Shown: positions 18,683 through 27,552 of the stretch, in pieces
Numbering within the stretch: the stretch's first letter is position 1
Layout of the letters: each line of letters begins with the position of its first letter
Translations under genes and position numbers: made by a program
The notes under the pieces: model-generated
Told to the model about the DNA's origin: nothing
What the model saw: only the letters and a program-made list of their open reading frames with translations
The model's database searches: none
DNA from: a virus
DNA length: 64,000 bases
Virus record (IMG/VR): IMGVR_UViG_3300009184_005291
Coordinates: 21,126 to 85,125 of that record
Direction: 5' to 3' (one strand)

Positions 18683-18865
18683 TTGGTCTTTAATACTTTG
18701 AATATATTTCGCTTTTAGAATCTGTGCTCTTCTAAGTACAGATTTTTTTGTATATTCTCTTTTCTCGAATAAAATCTGATTTTGCTTTGTTTTGATTACT
18801 TTTGACTTTAGGGTTTTGAGGGCTTTCTCAATATTGTTACCCTGATTAATTTTAATTATTATCAT
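18674..18865 (-). CDS. rpsU: ribosomal protein bS21
   Basis: MIIIKINQGNNIEKALKTLKSK...REYTKKSVLRRAQILKAKY aligns by eye to Bacteroidota bS21 (I-[DE]-x-ALK, [FY]-x-K-[PK]-S, KAxY54). It lies antisense within the head cluster. Confidence 0.85.
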   Translation of the reverse strand: MIIIKINQGNNIEKALKTLKSKVIKTKQNQILFEKREYTKKSVLRRAQILKAKYIQSIKDQSN

Positions 18866-18964
18866 ATATTAGAAATATCTTCAAGTATAAAAAAATTTTG
18901 ACATTTATGTATATATTGTATATTTTTTCATTAACAAAAATAAACATACGTAATATCATTATTA

Positions 18965-19402
18965 ATGAAAAAAGGAAAAAGTGTTAAACTTAACCTATTC
19001 AATCCTATTAAGTCCCAATACGGGACAGTAGATTCCAAAAACTTAAAATCGGTTTATATAAATATTCAATCATGGGTTACACCAAAAGATGAGTTAGATA
19101 ATTGGAACCGAATTGTATCTGGTTTAGGAAGAGAAATAAAAAATTCAGTTTTTGAATCAATTGATTCAAAAATTTTTCAAGAAAAAAATATTGTTGATTT
19201 GGACCTAAGAACAAGTGGAATTTCTAAAGGGAAAAAATCATTTTTCAACTTAGAAATTAATCTATACACTCTCCGAGAGATGGATTTCAAATCTGATGAA
19301 ATAAAAGAATCCATAAAAAACATTGTCAAATCAATCTATAAAAATAACGTAGTTCAGAACAAATACTTCGAATTTTCAATTTCTAAAAAAGACGAAATTT
19401 AG
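18965..19402 (+). CDS. hypothetical protein
   Basis: 145-aa ORF divergent from bS21. Confidence 0.7.
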   Translation: MKKGKSVKLNLFNPIKSQYGTVDSKNLKSVYINIQSWVTPKDELDNWNRIVSGLGREIKNSVFESIDSKIFQEKNIVDLDLRTSGISKGKKSFFNLEINLYTLREMDFKSDEIKESIKNIVKSIYKNNVVQNKYFEFSISKKDEI

Positions 19403-19441
19403 CAAACTATCTGAATCCGTATATTTATCTTAAAAGATTAG

Positions 19442-20158
19442 ATGAAAAATTTAAGAATTTTAGAAGCGAGCGAGCTTGGCCACGGTATATTAATTGAAAT
19501 GGACGCTGGTTGGGTTTCTCCGAAAGATGCTCAGAATATTGACATTATAAAAGAAGCATCCAATTTAGATTATAGAAATCCATTTGAATTTTACGCAGTA
19601 CTTCAAAAATATGATACTCCAAATAGAAATGGTAGAACATATCCTGAGAGGATTCTAAAAAGAGAGGCAGATAGATATAAACAATCTATTTCTAAGGGGT
19701 TGTCAACATCTGAATTAAATCACCCTGAATCATCATTAATTGACTTGGACAGAGTATCTCACATCATTACCGATATATGGTGGGATAAAAATATACTCAT
19801 GGGAAAACTCAAATTATTGACATCTCCAGGGTTTCACGAAAGAGGGATTGTTTCGACTAAAGGAGACCAAGCCGCCAACCTAATGAGACAAGGGGTAACT
19901 TTAGGTATTTCTTCAAGAGGTGTTGGGTCGTTGAAGAAAGTAGGAGAAAGAAATGAAGTACAAGATGACTTTGAACTAATCTGTTTTGATTTGGTATCTT
20001 CACCTTCAACTCCAGGAGCATATCTTTTTACTAATCCTGATGAACGAAGTAAATATGAAGAAAATTTAGAGGAGGAAATAAAATCTAAACAAAATAATGA
20101 GTACGCTGAAAAGTCAGTTGACTTAATGAAAAAATTAGACGATTTTTTAAGAAAATAA
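19442..20158 (+). CDS. prohead core protease (T4 gp21-like)
   Basis: NRNGRTY, ELNHP, VSH, GISSRGVGS and FDLVSSPSTPGA motifs. Confidence 0.93.
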   Translation: MKNLRILEASELGHGILIEMDAGWVSPKDAQNIDIIKEASNLDYRNPFEFYAVLQKYDTPNRNGRTYPERILKREADRYKQSISKGLSTSELNHPESSLIDLDRVSHIITDIWWDKNILMGKLKLLTSPGFHERGIVSTKGDQAANLMRQGVTLGISSRGVGSLKKVGERNEVQDDFELICFDLVSSPSTPGAYLFTNPDERSKYEENLEEEIKSKQNNEYAEKSVDLMKKLDDFLRK

Positions 20159-20162
20159 AATT

Positions 20163-20372
20163 ATGGAAGAAAAATATTTTGTAGCAAAAATTCAGTACGA
20201 TTTTCCTGATGAAAACACAGGTAAGATTAAAAAAGTTAGAGAAGAGAAACTAGTAAAAGGTTACTCTGTCACAGACGTTGAAGCAAAAGTAACCAAGAAA
20301 TATGAGGGGTTCACTCATGATTGGAGAATCACTGCTGTGTCTGAAAGTAAAATCGACGAGGTAATTGAGTAA
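20163..20372 (+). CDS. DUF4494-like small protein
   Basis: YFVAKIQY...GKIKKVREEKLV...SVTDVEAK resembles the Bacteroidota DUF4494 N-terminus. Confidence 0.6.
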   Translation: MEEKYFVAKIQYDFPDENTGKIKKVREEKLVKGYSVTDVEAKVTKKYEGFTHDWRITAVSESKIDEVIE

Positions 20373-20398
20373 TCAACATTATTAAACTGAAACAAATG

Positions 20399-20423
20399 AA
20401 GTGGTCTATTGACCACTTTTTTT
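20399..20423 (+). terminator. intrinsic terminator
   Basis: AAGTGGTC-TATT-GACCACTT followed by a T-run. Confidence 0.75.
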
Positions 20424-20497
20424 ATTTTAGGGATATCGTGAAATGACTTTTTTTCATTTTGGTACTATTTATATGATAAATTAAACAATTTTTTTCT

Positions 20498-22036
20498 ATG
20501 CAAGAAAATAAAAACTTAGTACAGGAGGCGTTAATTCAAATGAAAAATGTTGAAGAAGCTATCGCCCAGAACGCAAAAGGAATACTTGCTTCTACTATGA
20601 AGGAAGAAATCAACCAATTAGTAAAAGAATCTCTATCAGAACAAGACATGGAAGATGAGGTTGAATTAGATACAGACATCGAAATGGATGAACCTGTTGA
20701 TAATGAAGATGATATGGAAATGGACATGGAATTTGACATGGACATGGATATGGATTCAGAAGAAAGTCCAATAGATTTGACTGACGCTTCTGACGAAGAA
20801 ATTCTGAAGGTGTTCAAGGCCATGGGTGAAGAAGATGGCATCATCGTAAAAAAAGATGGTGAAGATATTCACTTAACCGATAATGACACCGATTCTGAAT
20901 ACTTAGTTAAGCTTGGTGAGTCTGAAGAAGACGAAGAAGAATTAGACGAAACAATGCACATGGATGAAATGGATGACATGGATCTTGACACAGAAGATGT
21001 TATCAATGCAATTTTCTCTAAAGATGGCGATGTTGAAGACATCGACATGGAGGATGAAGAAGTTATGTACGAAATTGAATTTAACGAAGAAGATGATGAC
21101 ATGATGGAACAAGAAGATGATGACATGATGGAAGAAGAAGATGACGACATGATGGAAGAAGAAGATTTGGACGAATCTTACAACCACAGAAGATCTGTTA
21201 GAGAAGGTAAATCGACAGTAAAACCTAAGGGTGTTGGAATTGGGTCTGGACCAAAATTCACTTACAAAGATAAAGCTAAAGGCGGATTCGATGAAAAGAA
21301 GAAAGAAGGACCAAAATCAGTTGGTACTGGTAAACCAAAATTCGAATACAAGAAAGGTGAAAATATGGAACAAAAATCCAAAGTTGTTAAGGCAGAAACA
21401 AAAGAAGGTCAAGGATACAAAGACAAAGAGGATGAAAGATTGGCAATGAAACATGGTAAAATTGCTTCAAAAGATCTTAAAACTACTAAGGCTCGTAGAG
21501 ATGACGCAGGTTTTGAAAAAAGAGAAACCAAAGAGGCGGCTAGAACTTATGGAATGGGTTCAAAAGAAGGACGAGGACTAAGAAAAGGTATTACTAATAA
21601 CAGAAATTATGTTTATGGTAAAAACGGAGTAAAAGTTGAATCCACAGAATCAGAAGTTAATGTGTTGAGAGAAAAGAATGAAGAGTACAGAAAAGCATTA
21701 AATATTTTCAGAGAAAAACTTAATGAAGTTGCTATCTTCAACTCAAACTTGGCATATGCTACAAGATTGTTCACTGAACATTCGACCACTAAAAAAGAGA
21801 AAATTAATATTCTTAGAAGATTCGATAATGTAGATACTTTGAAAGAATCTAAAAATCTTTATAGGTCAATTAAAGATGAATTGTCTAAAACTGAAAGTAC
21901 ACCAATTAACGAATCAGTAGAAGCTAAATTAAACAAGAATGTTTCTACAGGTTCATCAACTACCCTAATTGAATCAAAAACTTATGAGAATCCTCAATTC
22001 TTAAGAATGAAAGATTTGATGAGTAAAATTGGGTAA
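20498..22036 (+). CDS. prohead scaffolding/core protein (gp22-like position)
   Basis: Highly acidic centre and coiled-coil C-terminus (LNEVAIFNSNLAY); immediately precedes the major capsid gene. Confidence 0.75.
   Translation: MQENKNLVQEALIQMKNVEEAIAQNAKGILASTMKEEINQLVKESLSEQDMEDEVELDTDIEMDEPVDNEDDMEMDMEFDMDMDMDSEESPIDLTDASDEEILKVFKAMGEEDGIIVKKDGEDIHLTDNDTDSEYLVKLGESEEDEEELDETMHMDEMDDMDLDTEDVINAIFSKDGDVEDIDMEDEEVMYEIEFNEEDDDMMEQEDDDMMEEEDDDMMEEEDLDESYNHRRSVREGKSTVKPKGVGIGSGPKFTYKDKAKGGFDEKKKEGPKSVGTGKPKFEYKKGENMEQKSKVVKAETKEGQGYKDKEDERLAMKHGKIASKDLKTTKARRDDAGFEKRETKEAARTYGMGSKEGRGLRKGITNNRNYVYGKNGVKVESTESEVNVLREKNEEYRKALNIFREKLNEVAIFNSNLAYATRLFTEHSTTKKEKINILRRFDNVDTLKESKNLYRSIKDELSKTESTPINESVEAKLNKNVSTGSSTTLIESKTYENPQFLRMKDLMSKIG
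21086..21166 (+). repeat. 24-nt tandem repeat encoding E-E-D-D-D-M-M-E
   Basis: gaagaagatgatgacatgatg-type unit, three copies. Confidence 0.7.
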
Positions 22037-22078
22037 TCAAAATTAAATAAACAAATAAAACAAAACAAAATACTAAAA

Positions 22079-23872
22079 ATGGGAGCATTATTAGAATCAG
22101 GTCTTGTAGGTAACATCGGTCTTAAGCACCTTAAAGTTATCAAAGAAGACACAATCAACAAATGGGACAAATTAGGATTCTTAGAGGGTCTTAAGGGTCA
22201 CATGAGAGAGAACGTAGCTCAACTTTATGAAAACCAAGCTTCTCACTTAATCAACGAAGCATCATCTACATCTGATACAGGTGCATTTGAGACAGTGGTT
22301 TTCCCTATCGTTAGAAGAGTTTTCTCTAAATTATTAGCAAACGATATCGTTTCAGTACAAGCAATGAACTTACCAATCGGTAAATTATTCTACTTCGTAC
22401 CTAACATCCAATCTTATGAGAATGGACAGAATCAACACTGGGCTCCTTACGGATCACCAAACGCTGCGGCTGACCAAACTCCTAATTCAGGATATGATTA
22501 CAACTTAACTAAAGACCTTTACGATAGATTCTACGAAGGTAACGAACCAGCGTTGGATCCACCAGGTTTATTCGACTATTCAAAAGGACAGTTTTCAGCG
22601 ATTACTGCTGACGTTACAACTGTAGCATGGGCTGGAAGCAACTTGATTCCTTCAGCGTATACTCTTTCTGATTACAGAAAAGTATTGATAGTTATGTCAG
22701 GTTTTGCTTCTGATGGAGCAGGTAAGTTAATTGGTCCTGATGGTCAACCAATGGATAACGAAGCATTCTTATCTGATTTGACTGTTTATGGTTCAGCTGG
22801 TAACGTTTACACTTCAGCTAACACATCAAACCCTTACTTATTCAGAGTTGTAACTCAGAGATATGGTAAAGGTATTGTAGAATATGGTAATAACAACCAA
22901 ACGTTGGTATTCCCTAACAGTAAGACAGATGGTGGTCAGTTTGACAACGTTTGTGACGCTGAAGGTAAAATCTACTTAGAAGTTGATTTACAAGTACCAG
23001 TATGTATCACTTGCGGTGGTTCATTAGATGGTTACACTGGTTCAACATTCGCGTCAACAATCGCAACTAACTCTCAAGCATTCTCAGCAACTTATAGAAT
23101 CTATAAGAACTTGGAATTCGAAGACAGAATTGGTGAAGTTTCTTTTGACCTTATGTCAGTAACAGTTTCTGTAACTGAAAGAAAATTAAGAGCTCAGTGG
23201 TCTCCAGAAATGGCTCAGGACGTTGCGGCATTCCACAACATCGACGCTGAAGCTGAATTAACAGCATTGTTATCTGAGCAAGTTGCTGCTGAAATCGATA
23301 GAGAAATCTTGAGAGACCTTAGAAAAGCTGCAGCTTGGAACTTAAGATGGGATTACAATGGATGGAAGAGATTAGGTTCTTCTGCAGTACCTTATACTCA
23401 GAAAGACTGGAACCAAACTCTTATCACAGCAATCAACCAAATTTCTGCACAAATCCACAAGTCAACATTGAGAGGTGGAGCTAACTGGATCGTTGTTTCT
23501 TCTGAAATCAGTGCTATCTTTGATGACTTGGAATACTTCCACGTATCAAACGCAGCTCCTGAGCAGGATCAGTACAACATGGGTATTGAAAGAGTTGGTA
23601 CATTAGCAGGTCGTTACCAAGTGTATAGAGACCCTTACTTCCCACCTAACCAAGTGTTGATGGGTCACAAAGGAACTTCTCTATTGGACACAGGTTACAT
23701 CTACGCACCGTATGTACCTCTACAATTAACTCCTACAATGTACAATCCGTTTAACTTTACTCCGATTAAGGGTATTATGACGAGATACGCTAAGAAAGTT
23801 GTCAACAATCGCTTTTACGGACGAATTACAGTTGATGGTGTTAGAACATTTGACTTGAGAGAATTGAGATAA
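22079..23872 (+). CDS. major capsid protein (T4 gp23-like)
   Basis: VSVQAMNLPIG, RKLRAQWSPEMAQD, IDAEAEL, EIDREI, GYIYAPYVPL and FTPIKGIMTRY motifs. Confidence 0.95.
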   Translation: MGALLESGLVGNIGLKHLKVIKEDTINKWDKLGFLEGLKGHMRENVAQLYENQASHLINEASSTSDTGAFETVVFPIVRRVFSKLLANDIVSVQAMNLPIGKLFYFVPNIQSYENGQNQHWAPYGSPNAAADQTPNSGYDYNLTKDLYDRFYEGNEPALDPPGLFDYSKGQFSAITADVTTVAWAGSNLIPSAYTLSDYRKVLIVMSGFASDGAGKLIGPDGQPMDNEAFLSDLTVYGSAGNVYTSANTSNPYLFRVVTQRYGKGIVEYGNNNQTLVFPNSKTDGGQFDNVCDAEGKIYLEVDLQVPVCITCGGSLDGYTGSTFASTIATNSQAFSATYRIYKNLEFEDRIGEVSFDLMSVTVSVTERKLRAQWSPEMAQDVAAFHNIDAEAELTALLSEQVAAEIDREILRDLRKAAAWNLRWDYNGWKRLGSSAVPYTQKDWNQTLITAINQISAQIHKSTLRGGANWIVVSSEISAIFDDLEYFHVSNAAPEQDQYNMGIERVGTLAGRYQVYRDPYFPPNQVLMGHKGTSLLDTGYIYAPYVPLQLTPTMYNPFNFTPIKGIMTRYAKKVVNNRFYGRITVDGVRTFDLRELR

Positions 23873-23890
23873 TCGAAATTTCGATATGGT

Positions 23891-23920
23891 AAAAAGGGAC
23901 AAGAAATTGTCCCTTTTTTT
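23891..23920 (+). terminator. intrinsic terminator after the major capsid gene
   Basis: AAAAAGGGACAA-GAAA-TTGTCCCTTTTTTT. Confidence 0.85.
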
Positions 23921-23951
23921 ATGTTCTGATATTTATAATAAATTGTATATT

Positions 23952-25130
23952 ATGATTAAGCAAACTTGGGAAATATCACAAGAAGAACGAAATAGAATTA
24001 TTTCACTTCACGAATCCGCAACAAAGAATCTTTATTTAGTGTCTGAACAAAATACTGCCGAACCTGAAAAAGATTCAATTAGTTTGACCAAACGGGTTGA
24101 ATTTCCAAGTGGATTTCATAGTTCATCTGCAGTAAATCTTGAAACCCTCATAGATTTGTCCAAAATTGAAGAATTCTTAAAAAAATATAAAGATAAAAAG
24201 ATAGTTATTAAACTAAAGTCAAGTGAATCACAGGTTCCAAATAATGATAACGAGGTTACTCCAAAGAAAAGACTTAACCCTGGAGACCTTAGTAAAATGA
24301 GATATCAAACTATTCAAACTTTTATGACTGAATGGTTAAATGGTCTTGTTTCTAAAGGTATTATTTCTCAAGTTCCTAAATTTATAAACACTGAACCTCA
24401 TATTGACACAACTACGCCTTGGGATCCAAAATCATCTCCTAAAGATCCAAAATATACTAAACATCAGTTTGTTGAGATTGAGGTAAACGCGGAAGGTCAG
24501 ATAGAGCCGAAAAAAACTTTAACACCTGAGTTTCAGAAGGTCGAAACTTCGAGAACAGAATATTCAACGACAAACAATTATAATACTGCTTTATTTTATA
24601 ACTATAGTTATGCACCAGGTGCTGTCCTTGGTATGAGTCAGTCGGAAGCTGAGTCTTTGCCTGGAGCTTTATTAACTATGAATAGGGAATTTGTACTTGA
24701 TACTCCAGCACCAAAATTAAATCTACCATCATTCCCAATAAAAATAACCCCAAATGGTGGACAAACTGTACCCGTAATAGTTTTGAAACAAAAGAAAGGT
24801 AATGAAGTACCCGATTCACCAAATTATTGGATAAAATGGAACGCATATGTTTCAGACTCATATACCCTTGAAATTCCATTTCCGAAAGATAGTAAAGAAT
24901 TTCAATCTGCTTGGCTATTCATGTATTTTTATATTAATTCACCAAATTCATTCCCTCAAGATTGGAAATTTATTGCAAACAAACCTGAAAATGTAGATTG
25001 GAATTTAGTTGATGTTGAATTACAAAGTGGCGGGGAACAAAAATACAGTAAGACTATCGCAACCCAAAAAGATGTATGGAGTAAATATCCTATGGATTGG
25101 TATGCTAATATGGTAAAGAAAGTTTATTGA
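23952..25130 (+). CDS. hypothetical protein (putative head-packaged protein; possible OmpA-like segment)
   Basis: Start moved to the ATG at 23952, downstream of the terminator and TATTTAT. N-terminal leader ISQEERNRIISLHE. Confidence 0.65.
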   Translation: MIKQTWEISQEERNRIISLHESATKNLYLVSEQNTAEPEKDSISLTKRVEFPSGFHSSSAVNLETLIDLSKIEEFLKKYKDKKIVIKLKSSESQVPNNDNEVTPKKRLNPGDLSKMRYQTIQTFMTEWLNGLVSKGIISQVPKFINTEPHIDTTTPWDPKSSPKDPKYTKHQFVEIEVNAEGQIEPKKTLTPEFQKVETSRTEYSTTNNYNTALFYNYSYAPGAVLGMSQSEAESLPGALLTMNREFVLDTPAPKLNLPSFPIKITPNGGQTVPVIVLKQKKGNEVPDSPNYWIKWNAYVSDSYTLEIPFPKDSKEFQSAWLFMYFYINSPNSFPQDWKFIANKPENVDWNLVDVELQSGGEQKYSKTIATQKDVWSKYPMDWYANMVKKVY

Positions 25131-25135
25131 ATTCA

Positions 25136-25657
25136 TCAATTCAACGCAATAAAAGAGAAATAATAATGATTTTCAGTTTTTTGATAAGAAAGGTAAAATC
25201 TTTTTGTTTTCTCATCGAGAAGAAGTTCGTTGTGTGATTCGGAATGTTTCCATTTTAAGAAACAATATTTTACAACATCGTATTCTGTCGAAGTTTCCAT
25301 TGACATCTTGTTCAAGATTTCTTCGATTTCTTTTACGTTTGAAAACCAATTTCCTATTCCGTCTTTTTTAGGGATATTTATTTTCATAATATTTTCCCCC
25401 CCGTATGTAAAATCAGAAATATACGAATGTATATTTTCATTAAATCCATTGTGACTGTAATCTTCCACTATACTTTTACTACGTAAATCGGCAAATTCTT
25501 TCATAGAGTAATCGATTTTAACTGGATTCAATCCATTTGAACATCTATACTCATTTAAGATTTGTTCAAAATTAATAATAATGGGAGTACTGTCATTATT
25601 TGGATTCTTGAACCCAAATAATAAAAATGAAAGCAATAGAATAACAATTTTTTTCAC
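25136..25657 (-). CDS. CAP/SCP domain protein with signal peptide
   Basis: Hydrophobic N-terminus; LNEYR, SH, GENI and WKHSESHNELLL motifs. Confidence 0.75.
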   Translation of the reverse strand: MKKIVILLLSFLLFGFKNPNNDSTPIIINFEQILNEYRCSNGLNPVKIDYSMKEFADLRSKSIVEDYSHNGFNENIHSYISDFTYGGENIMKINIPKKDGIGNWFSNVKEIEEILNKMSMETSTEYDVVKYCFLKWKHSESHNELLLDEKTKRFYLSYQKTENHYYFSFIALN

Positions 25658-25662
25658 AAAGA

Positions 25663-25887
25663 TTATTTTTTTTCAGTAAAGTGGTTATTCATTATTCTTA
25701 ATGATTTAGAAACAATTTCAGATTCTTGTAATGAGAAAATTCTTGAATTGTGAGAGTATTCTAATGCTTTGATAATCATGTAATATGCCTGTTCCAAGTT
25801 CATGTCATCACACAGGGTGTTTACATCGTTTGGAGTGTAATACGCGATACTATCGAATAGTAATCCTATTGGTTGTTTTTGTTCCAT
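25663..25887 (-). CDS. hypothetical protein
   Basis: 74-aa ORF co-oriented with the CAP gene. Confidence 0.55.
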   Translation of the reverse strand: MEQKQPIGLLFDSIAYYTPNDVNTLCDDMNLEQAYYMIIKALEYSHNSRIFSLQESEIVSKSLRIMNNHFTEKK

Positions 25888-25924
25888 TATTTTGAATTGA
25901 CGGTATATTTATTGTTACAAAGTT

Positions 25925-26611
25925 ATGAAAAAAAATTCAATAAAAGAAGCGACAGGTTCTGGTAGTTCCGGAAAATTTAAGGTACCTATTGTTCTTGCCC
26001 CACAGCCATGGGAAAAGAATCAATTAGCACCATTCACAGACCCTTTATATTCGTATACAAATGCCGAATTAGCCTACGAAGAAGCGGACGGAGACTTCAT
26101 AGAATCTCCTGAAAAAAGGGCTCAAATTGAAAAAAGAACTAAAAAATTATCTAAAATGACTGATTATTTGAAACAATTTTATACTGGACAAAATGACGAA
26201 GAGGGATCGGCACTTAATCCAACTATGAGTGGTGACCCATTAAAAGAATCATTATTGAAAGAAGATTTGGCGGTTTGGTTCGGTACTAAGAAAAAACCTA
26301 AAGGATCGAAACAGCCTTCAGGACCATGGGTTAATATTTGTAGAAAAAAGGAAGGAGGAGGGCATCCTCCTTGTGGTAGACCTGAAGCAGATAGTAAGGG
26401 ATATCCTAAATGTCGTGCTAAAGGAGTCGCCGCAAACATGACCGACGCCCAAAAGAAATCAGCATGTTCACAGAAAAGACGTGCCGAGAAAAAAGACCCC
26501 AAAGTTGGAACTGGAAACAAACCAACTATGACATCTTATAAACCAAAAAAATCCCAAAATGAATCATTAAGGGATTTAATTCTTAAAATTTTGAAAGAAA
26601 ACATTAGATAA
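25925..26611 (+). CDS. hypothetical protein with basic Cys-rich C-terminal domain
   Basis: WVNICRK...CGR...YPKCR motif; TATTTAT upstream. Confidence 0.65.
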   Translation: MKKNSIKEATGSGSSGKFKVPIVLAPQPWEKNQLAPFTDPLYSYTNAELAYEEADGDFIESPEKRAQIEKRTKKLSKMTDYLKQFYTGQNDEEGSALNPTMSGDPLKESLLKEDLAVWFGTKKKPKGSKQPSGPWVNICRKKEGGGHPPCGRPEADSKGYPKCRAKGVAANMTDAQKKSACSQKRRAEKKDPKVGTGNKPTMTSYKPKKSQNESLRDLILKILKENIR

Positions 26612-26999
26612 GCTTTTCTAAAATTTTCTTCAGTGAGTGTTGTACTTGGCTATGCATTTCCTTTTCAAATTTCATTCTTGCTTCTTCTACTTTGTTATCA
26701 AACATTCTGTTTAATTTCTCAGACATCAAATCAGAAACTACAATGTCGTAGTTATACACGTGATTTGTTATATTTATCCTGTTTTCGTGAAGAACCACAA
26801 ACATTTGTAGAAACTCATTTTTGATATATCTTTTTTGTGAGAGAGGGGCAATTAAAAATTTAGAACTTTCATGATTGATTAACTTACGGCAAATTGAAGA
26901 TGCAGTTTTTTCATTCTCATCAAGTTCTACTTGTGGTACAAGTTTTCTTTTGAATCTAATAAAAAATCTAGTCCAAATTTTTTTGAAGAATTTTTTCAT
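26604..26999 (-). CDS. hypothetical protein
   Basis: 131-aa ORF with TACTTTTG (-7 element, 27034-27027) upstream. Confidence 0.65.
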   Translation of the reverse strand: MKKFFKKIWTRFFIRFKRKLVPQVELDENEKTASSICRKLINHESSKFLIAPLSQKRYIKNEFLQMFVVLHENRINITNHVYNYDIVVSDLMSEKLNRMFDNKVEEARMKFEKEMHSQVQHSLKKILEKLI

Positions 27000-27048
27000 G
27001 ATGATGGGTATGATTTGATAGTCTTACAAAAGTAATAAAATTCTTCGA

Positions 27049-27080
27049 CAAAAAAAAGAAGAACCTAAATTCTTCTTTTT
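27049..27080 (-). terminator. intrinsic terminator
   Basis: AAAAAGAAGAA-CCTAAA-TTCTTCTTTTT. Confidence 0.6.
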
Positions 27081-27084
27081 ATTT

Positions 27085-27552
27085 TTAACAATAAGCCCCT
27101 GAGCAATGTTTTTTACCGTCTAAACCCGGCATCTTACCTTTACATACTTGGACTCCATAACCGTTCGAATAAGCGGAAGGAAAAACTTTGAATTTCCCTT
27201 TCGCAGCCGCGAGTCCTCTAGCACAAAGTTTGGTTCCAGTTTTCTTTCTACCTTCAGTCATTTCTTCATAATCAACATATTGGTCCATTTTTCTTTTCTC
27301 ATTCATTATGAAATCAAAAACTTGGTCCATGTTTGTCTTTGCTTCTGAAACGTGGTCGTCAGCCCAATCATGTCCATCTTGTATAATTTGGTCAATCATT
27401 TCTTCATCCATTTCTAATAACATTTTACACTGTCTGGCAATTTGTTTTAGGTTACTGAAGAACATATAATTTTCAGTTTCTTGTTGTTCACTCAAAACTC
27501 GTTTAACTAAATGTGATAAATCCTTTTCTGTTAATTTCACTATTTTACTCAT
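27085..27552 (-). CDS. hypothetical protein (putative head protein) with C-terminal Cys motif
   Basis: N-terminus KIVKLTEKDL..LVKRVLSE; C-terminus LCARG...FPSAYSNGY...CKG. Confidence 0.65.
   Translation of the reverse strand: MSKIVKLTEKDLSHLVKRVLSEQQETENYMFFSNLKQIARQCKMLLEMDEEMIDQIIQDGHDWADDHVSEAKTNMDQVFDFIMNEKRKMDQYVDYEEMTEGRKKTGTKLCARGLAAAKGKFKVFPSAYSNGYGVQVCKGKMPGLDGKKHCSGAYC

Noticed and set aside
14321-23872. Inteins or group I introns in terminase, portal or capsid genes
   Set aside because: The ORFs are continuous and of plausible length, with no intein C/S...HN boundaries or LAGLIDADG motifs seen.
23886-23951. Upstream start of the post-capsid ORF at 23886
   Set aside because: It would translate through the capsid terminator hairpin; the ATG at 23952 follows the TATTTAT motif.
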